In this document: positions 1 through 9,180 of the stretch, in pieces | How positions within the stretch are numbered: position 1 is the stretch's first letter | Layout: every line of letters begins with the position of its first letter | Assembly (NCBI GenBank): GCA_049999805.1 | Contig: JBNGIO010006303.1 | Span: 201,775-259,465, forward strand | Source of the DNA: Folioceros fuciformis | Taxonomy: Eukaryota | DNA length: 57,691 nucleotides | Direction: 5' to 3' | Position numbers and translations under genes: made by a program | Notes under the pieces: model-generated | Databases searched by the model: none | Seen by the model: only the letters and a program-made list of their open reading frames with translations | What the model was told of the DNA's origin: nothing

Positions 1-347
1 CCGCGGCGTGGCAATGAGGAAGGCGGGGGTAGGAGCGGGAGCGGAAGGGGGAGCAGGATCAGGATCAGGATCAGGCAGAAGTGCGGAGGAAAGATCCAGG
101 CTGATGAGAGTCTCATGGCGCAGCGGACCGTAGAGGTTCTTGGAGGAGCTGCGCGATTCCGGACCGGAGGATGTAGCTGCTGCATGTCCGGAGTTTGAGC
201 TTGCATGCAACCAGGCCTGCGTTCTCGGGAATTTACCATCGATCTGGAGAGGAGGAAGCGAAGGCGGCCCCGGGGGATCGATCGGGCTTAGGCCTGGGAG
301 AGAGAGTCGGGCCGGCCCAGGCCGGGACCGGGTGCATACGATTTCAT
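1..347 (-). CDS. possible 5' end of a divergently transcribed gene running off the left edge
   Basis: Stop-free minus frame from ATG 347 (MKSYAPGPGLGRPD...DPDPDPAPPSAPAPTPAF) to the window edge. An alternative ATG at 116 in GCC-ATG context gives a signal-peptide-like MRLSSAWIFPPHFCLILILILLP. No recognisable domain. Confidence 0.3.
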
Positions 348-399
348 CCCGTTGTGGTGGGAGGGAAAGCCAGGCAGGCCTAGAGGGGGCATCGCCAGT

Positions 400-1742
400 A
401 TGTTCTCCAGAGGGTAAGGCTTGAGCAAATTAGGTCAGGGGAGAGGTCGGCGGATCCTGCCTAGTTAGCTAGGCTAGGCTAGGCTGCTACATTCCATTGA
501 AAGGCTGCTGCTGCTTCTTCTTCTTGTAGTATGGATGCGGTAGTGGTCAGGCTCTGCTGCTGCTTCCGCTTCCGCTTCTGCTACTGCTACTGCTACTGAA
601 TTGGTGCTTTGATAGGACTAGGAGTTAGAGAGGATTGTTACTAGTAGGGATGCGTCGTTGGTGGTCGTGTAGTAGTCGTGAATGCATACGGGCTACTGGG
701 GACGTAATTGTTGATATTGTCCAATCCAGATTCCTCCGAGGTCATGACATGGTGGTGATTGCAATATGTAACTTGTGCTACTACTACTACAGTTTGGTGA
801 TGTACAGTAACGTTGTCCGTTGGTGCAGTCGTATTAGTGTGTGGAGAGTAGTAGTAGGAGAGGTTGCAATTGGTAAGCTAGCTTCAAGTTGTAACCATGT
901 GGATTGCCGCAGGACAGGATTGACGGGGTGGGACTGGGATGGGATTGTGAAGGAATCTGTTGGGAAGCGGGGGAGGTGGAGAAGGATACGAGGTGGTTGG
1001 GAGTAAGCGGCAGCGGCTGCTGGATCACACGGGCCCGTACCTGCCCATGAGCGCCGCGGCGGCGGCGTCGGTGGCGGGCTACGGCGGGCCGAGCATCGCG
1101 TCGGTGCTACTGGGCCACCCGCGGCCGTTCCCCGTGGTGCGCCTGCGGGGGCTGCCCTTCAACTGCATCGAGAGCGATGTGTTCGAGTTTTTCGCTGGGC
1201 TGGACGTGGTGGACGTGCTGCTGGTGCGGAAGGCGGGCCGCTTCAGCGGTGAGGCCTATGTGGTGTTCGGAGCGCCAATGCAGGTGGACTTCGCGCTGCA
1301 GAAGAACCGCCAGAACATGGGCCGCCGCTACATCGAGGTGTTCCGCAGTAAGAAGCAGGACTACTACATGGCGGTGGCGGCGGAGGTAGCGGAGCCTAAG
1401 GAGGACGACGACTTCCTCATGCCGCCCCATTCCAAGCCCGGCTCCGACAAGGATCATCTGGAGCACACGGGCGTGCTCAAGCTACGGGGCCTGCCCTTCT
1501 CCGCCTCCAAGCGCGACATTATCGACTTCTTCCGCGACTTCAACCTGGCCAACGAGAATGTGCACATTGTGGTGCACGGCGACGGCCGCGCTACCGGCGA
1601 AGCTTACGTCGAGTTTGCCGGGCCCTCCGACTCCAAGGCAGCCATGCGCAAGGATAAGATGACGCTCGGTTCCCGCTACGTCGAGCTGTTCCCTTCGTCC
1701 CGTGAAGAAGCAACCCGTGCTGCCACTAAGTCCTCCAGATGA
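400..1742 (+). CDS. hnRNP F/H-like RNA-binding protein with two quasi-RRM domains
   Basis: Two qRRMs (VVRLRGLPFNC...GEAYVVF...MGRRYIEVF; VLKLRGLPFSA...GEAYVEF...LGSRYVELF). Micro-exon 400-413 (ATG TTC TCC AGA GG|gtaagg) spliced to 953-1742 gives MFSRGNLLGSGGGGEGYEVVGSKRQR, matching the N-terminus typical of plant members. Confidence 0.9.
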
Positions 1743-2310
1743 TCACAAAAGCACACTTAAACTTCTTTTTTTTCTTTTAACCAACAAATCACTCAAGGCT
1801 TGGCACCCTGCCTCCCCGCACGCCTTTACCTTACCTGTAATTTCCGCTGGGTTAGGCTCGCTTCCAGGGATGGGGCCTGATATGCTGTAGGATAGGCTAA
1901 CTTGCCGACGTTTATTGTAAAAGTTTGCAACCAATTATATATCTACGTACTACAAAATAAAGTTCTGAACTACGTACTGTACGTTTGTACCTGCTGGCAA
2001 TCGGGTCCAGATCCTCCTGTTTGGGCCCCACGTCCGACCATATCCCTTACTAGTGTAATGAAGTAAAGGAGGCATGGGTATGGAGTCCGAGTTTTTATTT
2101 AGAAAGTTTAATTAAAGCTTTATTTATGAATAAATTTAGTTTAATTCACAGCTCATTCAAATCAATTGCTCTAATTATAATTATGTGTTTTATGTTCTTT
2201 TAATATTATATGCAATTACCCGCAACCCACTCTTCTTAAGGACTATCCTCTCTTGAGACCCATTTTCCAAGTTTTTGAAGTCTTGTGGTAAGGCAGTTTA
2301 TATGCCAAGG

Positions 2311-2455
2311 CAAGATGTTCATAATAAGAGACATGGGTTTGGTCTTTGGGCTTGAGGTCTTGTGCCAAGATGTCCATAACATGAGACATGGGTTTGGTCT
2401 TTGGGCTTGAGGTCTTGTGCTAAGATGTTCATAACAAGAGAAATGGGCTTGGTCT
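2311..2455. repeat. 55-bp tandem repeat, left part (interrupted by the copia insertion)
   Basis: Units start at 2311, 2366, 2421 (CAAGATGTTCATAATAAGAGACATGGGTTTGGTCTTTGGGCTTGAGGTCTTGTGC); the third is cut at GGTCT by the LTR. Confidence 0.9.
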
Positions 2456-2682
2456 TGTAAATACGATATATGCATAATAGAAGGTGATTTATTGATCTAG
2501 GCGAATGCTTTAAATAAACCTATGAAGTACGGTTATAACCATATAACTATATTCACCGTTTAGCTGTATTTATGGTTTATTAATTCTAAATTATCTTAAC
2601 TTAACAACTGTCTATAATGTGCCCTAATAAGTTGGGTTTTATTTAAGCTCTAAGCTATCATATTCACACGGTTACTCCAACA
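2456..2682 (-). repeat. 3' LTR of the copia element (227 bp)
   Basis: TGTAAATACG...CTCCAACA on plus strand; about 90% identical to 7628-7879; adjacent to the PPT. Confidence 0.95.
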
Positions 2683-2696
2683 CTCCCTCTCGCTCC
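2683..2696 (-). other. polypurine tract of the copia element
   Basis: Minus strand GGAGCGAGAGGGAG immediately precedes the TG of the 3' LTR. Confidence 0.85.
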
Positions 2697-2735
2697 AAAC
2701 TTGGGTTGCTGCAGTAGAATTTGATGACGAGGATC

Positions 2736-2843
2736 ATCCATGCTTGCACTTAGGCTATGCTGATCCATGCTTGCACTTAGGCTATGCTGATCCATGCTTG
2801 CACTTAGGCTGTGCTGATCCATGCTTGCACTTAGGTTGTGCTG
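2736..2843. repeat. 27-bp tandem repeat x4 in the copia 3' untranslated region
   Basis: ATCCATGCTTGCACTTAGGCTATGCTG units starting at 2736, 2763, 2790, 2817. Confidence 0.95.
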
Positions 2844-5800
2844 AGCTTCTTGTCGATGATATGGTGGCTTCTTCAAGCTGATGATTGAAAGTCTGCGAGG
2901 CAATAACCAAGTTCTGTAGCGCTCATAGTGCCGTGTGTATTGTGCTCCCCCTCAGGCCGAGCACGGTAGCTTCTGGGCACTCAACCCTCGATAAGTGTCT
3001 CTGCTGATAAAGTCCGATGCCCTTACTATGTTGCTCGTTAAGTGCCTTGCTCAGTACCTTTGTAAGGAGGTCGGCTGTGTTGTCGTTGGTGTTCACGTGA
3101 TTCAAAACAATTTGTTTATTGGCCACTACTTGTCGAATGAAGTGGTGTTGAATCTCCACATGCTTCGTTCTTACATGTTGGACTGGATTGAGTGTCATCG
3201 CTATGGTTGACTCATTATCGCACTACAAGCTAGTTGGTTCCATTAGTTCTTCATGAACATCCTTAAGGAATTGATGTATCCAAAGTATTTACTTAGCAGC
3301 TAGTGAGGCAGGGGCATATTCTGCTTCTGAGGATGATAAGCAAACTGTTTGCATCGTTTTACTTGTCCATGACACGCATGATCTTTTGATCATCATACAG
3401 TATGCTGCAGTCGACTTCCTGGCGTCTGGATCACCTTCCCAGCCTGCATCGGAGAAAGCTGTTAGTGTGAATGGCAGAGTAGGGTTTCCGGTAAACCTCA
3501 ATTCTAGGATTTTAGTTCCCTTCAAATATCTTAAAATCCGTTTTACGCATATCCAGTGTGCGATGCCTAGGTTTGAGAGATATTTAGATGCGATATTGAC
3601 AGCTTGGGCAATATCGGGTCGAGTCTAGATGGAGAGGTATAGGAGAGTACCGATTGCTTCACTATAAGGTATGTTGCTCATTTCTTTTGCTTCTTCTGCC
3701 ATTGCTGGGCAATCTTCAGCTGATACCTTTTGCCCTGAAGCTATGGGTGTTGACACAGGCTTTGCTTCCTTCAAGTTGAAACATTCAAGCAGCTGATCCA
3801 TGTAGTGTGACTGGTGTATGAAGAATGTATGGTTAGAATTGCTTCTCTCAAAATGAACTCCCAAAGCATATCTGAATGGTCTTATGTCAATAACATCATA
3901 TTCCTTTGAAAAAAGTTCCTTGACGTGTTGGATGAGAGCTGGGTCATTGCCGAAGATGAAGTTATCATCGAAATAACGCGTTACTATTACAAAGTGCTTC
4001 CATGTCCTCATTGAGTACACACTTATGTCATAGTAAAAGAGATAAAACCACACTTCTTCAGCTATAAGTCTACTGTTTCATTCCATACTTGAGCGGATTG
4101 TTTGAGCACGTACATAGATTTAAGTAGCTTGCAGACCTTGTTTGGATCCTTCATAAATCCTGGACGTTGTAGCATGTATATCTCTTCTTGCAAAGTGTCG
4201 TAGAGAAAAGTCGTTTTAACATCAACTTGATGTATCTCCAGGTGATGTTCGGCTGCAAAAGCTAGCAAAATGCATATGGAGGTGGACTTTACCACAGGGC
4301 TATACAATCTATTCTCTTAGTCAAATCCTGGGTTTAGTGGATCTTCATAGTTGGTGAGATAAAGGATCAAAAAACTGAAAGGAATTAGGGATTGGGTTTA
4401 CCTCTGGTTTTAGCTGTACAGGTTCAGGTGTGGCTACATCCAAATTTGATGTAGATGGTAAGGATGAGTCATGCTATAAGGGTGATGGATTACCAGGAAG
4501 TGGATTGAACTACTGTTGCTAGTTTAAACACGGCTGATGGTTGATGACAGTGTCTGACTACATAGGTTGTTGTTTAATTGTGGATACTAGTACGGTTAGT
4601 TGTGATGCTGGATCTGCTGTTGACTGGTCTTGGTAGACCTCTCGAGCTTGTGATTCAAAAGTGTCGTCATAAGTGCCTCCCTCAAGGTTAAGAGGTGTAG
4701 CAGGATCGGTGGGAAAGCCTTGCACGATAGCGGGAGGTAAAGGTGTGGTAGTGGCTATGCTAGTGAGGTAATGTTGTATAAGATGATTTTCATTCAAGTG
4801 AGCACTTCTAGAGTGGAGAACTTCTCGATTGACAGTGTCCCAAAGTTTGTAAGCTTTGACTTGGTCAGAATAGCCTATGAGAAGTAGTTCACGGCCTTTC
4901 TTATTCCATTTTCGGTGAGTGGCATCTGCTATGTGGGCAAAGGCTGGACTCCCGAAAATTCTAAGGTGCGATATCCTAGGTTTATTTCTTGTCCATTGGT
5001 CATAGGGTGTTATATTTGGGAGTTCCTTGGTTGGGAGGTGATTTTTAAGATAGATAGAGAAAGCTACGGCTTCTGCCCAGTAACCCTTTGATAGGCCAGC
5101 TAATTTGAGGAGTGACCTGAAAATTTCTAGCAAGGATCTATTCACTCTCTCAGCAAAGGGATTTGGAGAGTGTGTATGAGGAACTGTGTATTGACGTAAA
5201 ATTCCCTTTGATTTGCAGAAGGATTGAAAGGAGTGGTAGGTGAACTCTCCGGCATTATTAGTTCTGAGGGTGCCTACTAGGAAACTTGTCTATTGCTCAC
5301 TCGCCAGGAGGAACTTGTGGAAACGAGCTAAGGCTTCATCCTTGTGCTTAAGGCAAAAGATATGTGTGTATCTGCTCCAGTCGTCCATGAAATTGAGAAA
5401 ATATGAATGTTCTCTTACGGAAATTGTACTCATGGGATCACAAATGTCAGAGTGTATCACCTCAAGTAGTTAGCGAGCTCGTGTTGGTGACGGATCATTG
5501 AAGGGAAGTTGGTTTAGTTTCGTATACTTACAGATCTCACAGGAAAAGTCTTGTGGTACATTGATTTTGATGGGGTCTCTGTATAGTGATGGGTTGGCAA
5601 AGGCATTGAGATACCTTGGGTTGATGTGGCCTACTCTACAGTGCCATAGGAGTGAGTGCCATAGGAGTGATGTCTGTGGATTTCCTTTGTTGGAACTGTC
5701 AATCAACAGTGATGAGGCTAAGTGGATGTTTAGCAAGTATAGATCATTTTATGGGAGTCCATGTGCAAGAGCAGTTTGGGTTAAATCCTTAGCATGATTG

Positions 5801-7615
5801 ATGGTACAAAGATTACCTTGGAATATTATTACCAAGTCATCTTTTGTGGCCAATTTGCGTACAGACAAAAGATTTTTTGTCATGGAAGGTACATGCAAGA
5901 CTTTGTTAATGATGAGGTGCATTGCGTTTGATAGTCGAAGTTGGACTCCGCCAGTTCCTTCGATGGGTAGTGCACTATCATCTCCAAGTAGTACGTGTTG
6001 GTCTGACAATACTTGGTGGTACATTTCAAACATATCTCTGCTGCAACAAATGTTTGTGGTTGCCCCCGAGTCAAGAAACCACATGTTTGATTTAGTTCTG
6101 GTCAACGTGAGGCAAACAGCTAGAATAGACACATGTGACTCGCGTTGTGAACCATTTCTACGTGGCTCTCTTGATTGCTTCTTTCTGCACTCGTACTCGT
6201 AGTGCCCAATATTTTGCACCAATTGCATACGCCTTTATGACTTCTGTTGATAAGTGGCTTGCTGCCTTGATTAAAACTAGGTTTGGTGAACTAACCAGAT
6301 GTTTTCCGTGTGAAGAAACTGCTAGTTCTGAATCCTCCTTGTCTTGCGCCTCTGCCTCTTGAAGCAAATAACACATGAGTTATTTCAGCATTGGAACGTG
6401 TGCTACCTACCCTATTGGATTCTTCCTCAAGTAGAGCTGCTATCACTTCTGATAGTGTGTTGGCTTGTGGTGTTAGTGCTAGTTGTGATTGTCGAAGCAA
6501 CGTATTTTGTGAACTTACGAAAGTTCTATATGATGCAGGCAATGAAGTCAAAAGGGTAATTGCTACTTAGTGCTCAGTGACAGTTGCACCGCTGGAAGCC
6601 AACTTTGCCCTTGCAAAGCGGAAGTTGTGAACATGGTGTTCCACCGTTTCAGACTCCTTTATCTTCAAAGAGTAAAATTGCCTCGTTGCATTTATCAAAG
6701 TCATTAAACTTTGTGCTTGAAACATGTCGTTGAATGTGTTTCAAATATCGTGAGAGGCCGCTTGACCATGGGTATGTTGAACCATATTTTTGTCGATGGC
6801 AGAGATAAGTAGGTTTCTAGCTCTCTTATCTTTCTTGTCCCAGGCTGCAATCTCATCTACAGATGCTAGTGGTAAAGATGTGGTTCATGGCTTGGGAGTG
6901 GTGTTGTTGACGATGCTCATTAGGCCATGCTCCTCAAGCAAGGCTACAATCCTTATATGCCAAATGTCATTGTCGCTTCCTGTGAAGCGATCTCGATCAC
7001 GAAATTCCAATTTTGTGGTGTTGAAGTTTAGTGTCGTATTCGCAGCAGGTGAACTTGGGCTTCTTGCAATTTGTTAGATCTGATTGCGTGAAAGTCAAAT
7101 GCGAACACGTATAGGAGATTGTGGAGCCTGCGTGATATAATTGTACCTACTTCCTGTGATTAAGAACGAGCTCGTGAACCTCTAAGTGCAATGCTTTGAT
7201 TTGAGATTCGATACAATTGAGTTGAATTATGATGTATTCGGGCGTTGCAGGTACTGCGGCTGGAAACAGTGCATGCAGCATACACGCATCCATGACTGTG
7301 GCGAGGGCGTGTTGCAAGTGCCGATTTGGATCGTGGTACGGTCGACCCTCGCGATGGCAGATAGGTCACACTCCTGCGTGATTCGCTTTCTTTGACGCCA
7401 CTGGTTTTTATGAATCTTTCAGTGTAATCGTTGCAAGTTCTCAAGAACGGTGATGCAGGTTGTCCATGCGGCGCATAGCTTGTCAGTGAGCGGCACTACC
7501 GAGGCATCTTGCTGCTAGGCACGTGCAGCTAGTTTCTTGCATTTCTGCTTCGAGCCATGGTCACTGGTCGTTGATGCCCAGGCGCGAGGCGTGGAGTGGT
7601 CGAGTTGCTTATGCA

Positions 7616-7627
7616 GATCTGATACCA
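7616..7627 (-). other. primer binding site (tRNA-iMet type)
   Basis: Minus strand TGGTATCAGATC directly after the 5' LTR; one mismatch to canonical TGGTATCAGAGC. Confidence 0.9.
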
Positions 7628-7879
7628 TGTAAATACGATATATGCAGAATAGAGGGTGATTTATTGATTTAGGCGAATGCCTTCAATACACCTCTAAAGT
7701 ACGATTACAACCGTATAATTGTATTTACCATTTAATTATATTTATGGTGTATTAATTCTAAACTATCTTAACTTAACAACTGTCTATAATGTCTATAATG
7801 CTCTATAAATGAAACGTGCCCTAATAAGTTGGGTTTTATTTAAGCTCTAAGTTATCATGTTCACATGGTTACTCCAACA
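7628..7879 (-). repeat. 5' LTR of the copia element (252 bp)
   Basis: Homologous to 2456-2682 with 25 extra bp around the repeated CTATAA motifs. Confidence 0.95.
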
Positions 7880-7889
7880 GGTCTTTGGG

Positions 7890-8323
7890 CTTGGCACAAG
7901 GAGAGAAGGTTGGGCGGCTTGGGTAACCCACTTGAGCTAGAGTGAGCTAGGCCGAGGAAGTTTTACATACGATATATCATAGCAGTGTTTGCTCGTGTCA
8001 CTACGTGGTCTTTGGCTGTCAGCTTGCTGAGTTTTTCTTAAAAACTATCTTGAGCTAGTGCTCAGGTGAAGCTTTCGCAGAGCTAAGGTTACGGCGTAGC
8101 CATGCCGTAGCAAAGCGACCGCCTCCGCTTAAGTTAAGGCGGCGGACCTGAGGAAGGGCTCAGAAAGTTTTCTTCCGGCAGGAAAGGGATCATACGTACC
8201 TTTATGTATGTATGGCCAAGCTCGATGGACTTCTTAAGTCTATCGGCGGCTAATTTAGACATGATGTCCGCTTCAAGTCATGCCTTAATCTGTCGTCTCA
8301 TTTGGGGTAGGCCTTGTGCCAAG
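7890..8323 (+). ncRNA. candidate structured RNA or ssDNA element (multi-hairpin, closed by a 12-bp stem); identity unknown
   Basis: Perfect 12-bp inverted repeat CTTGGCACAAGG (7890-7901) / CCTTGTGCCAAG (8312-8323) encloses about 11 consecutive stem-loops, several containing G-T pairs. No ORF. Expression not shown. Confidence 0.4.
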
Positions 8324-8464
8324 ATGTTCATTTGAGGACAAATGGGCTTGGTCTGCGGGCTTGAAGTCTTGTGCTAATATGTTCCTAATAGGAGAAATGG
8401 GCTTGGTCTTTGGGCTTGAAGTCTTTTGCCAAGATGTTCATAATCAAAGAAATGAGCTTGGTCT
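8320..8464. repeat. 55-bp tandem repeat, right part
   Basis: Units start at 8320, 8375, 8430; same family as 2311-2455. Confidence 0.88.
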
Positions 8465-8652
8465 ATAGGTAGGGTTTCCATTGCTCTACAATGAGTATGG
8501 CATGAGTTGGTTAATGCCATATACAAGACGATGACATTGGCTGAAGAGGTAGCATCACCAACTCTATTGGTAAGCAGACCCTTTCTCCTTCCTTTTAGGT
8601 GATATTGGTAGCCATTAGGCTTCAAGGAGTTAGCCCCTAGTCTGTTGATCAC

Positions 8653-8787
8653 AATTTATCTTCTCTTTAGGGGTAGATGGGCTTTCCATCTTATTTTTCT
8701 CAAATAATTGGACACTTTTAATTTATCTTTCTCTTAGGGGTTAATGGGTTTTCCATCTTGTTTTTTTAAATAAATGGACACTTTTCC
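8653..8787. repeat. ~67-bp direct duplication
   Basis: AATTTATCTT...TAGGGGT...ATGGG.TTTCCATCTT...AAATAA.TGGACACTTTT occurs twice in tandem. Confidence 0.8.
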
Positions 8788-9078
8788 TGTAAACAATTTT
8801 CGTATAATGATCATTCACTGAGATTGTGACATTGTTACATTAGGGCGTGTCATTCTTATTGATTTGTGTCGTATGCGGTCAAGACATGCCATCGTATGAT
8901 ACTTACGTATTAGATCAAATACGTAAGTATTTGAGCTTCGCCAAATCCATTAGGGGGTACCCTAATAGACTTCGCTAATATGTAATACTTCGTGGACTCA
9001 TACGCCACCCGGCATTCCATCCCCATGTGACCAGGGTGCGACTCACCCGTATAGGTGCCGTGTTGCTTATCGCCCTTG

Positions 9079-9180
9079 CTCTCCCTCCAAATCGCTCTTG
9101 CTTCTCATCGTCCTCGCTCTCCCTCCAAATCACTCTTGCTTCTCATCGCCCTCGCTCTCCCTCCAAATTGCTCTTGCTTG
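9079..9180. repeat. 38-bp pyrimidine-rich tandem repeat (~2.7 copies)
   Basis: CTCTCCCTCCAAATCGCTCTTGCTTCTCATCGTCCTCG units at 9079, 9117, 9155. Confidence 0.9.

Larger units (their letters stand above)
2456..7879 (-). mobile_element. full-length degenerate Ty1/copia LTR retrotransposon
   Basis: Two TG...CA LTRs (2456-2682, 7628-7879), 5-bp TSD GGTCT (2451-2455, 7880-7884), tRNA-iMet-type PBS and PPT. Copia domain order on minus strand: gag with zinc-knuckle remnant (GHYEYECRKK), protease WFLDSGATT, GAG-pre-integrase (LWHCRVGHIN), integrase (YWAEAV), RT (QVDVKTTFL, YFDD), RNase H (FSDAGWEG, SSSEAEY, HVRTKHVEI). Many stops and frameshifts. Confidence 0.97.

Noticed and set aside
2040-2060. 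Helitron 3' end at ACTAGT
   Set aside because: No GC-rich hairpin at the expected distance from CTAG on either strand.
8148-8170. Hammerhead ribozyme core (CTGAGGA...GAAA)
   Set aside because: No stem II can form between CTGAGGA and GAAA; CTGAG pairs with CTCAG instead. The TGATGAG motifs at 9505-9575 lack the GAAA strand.
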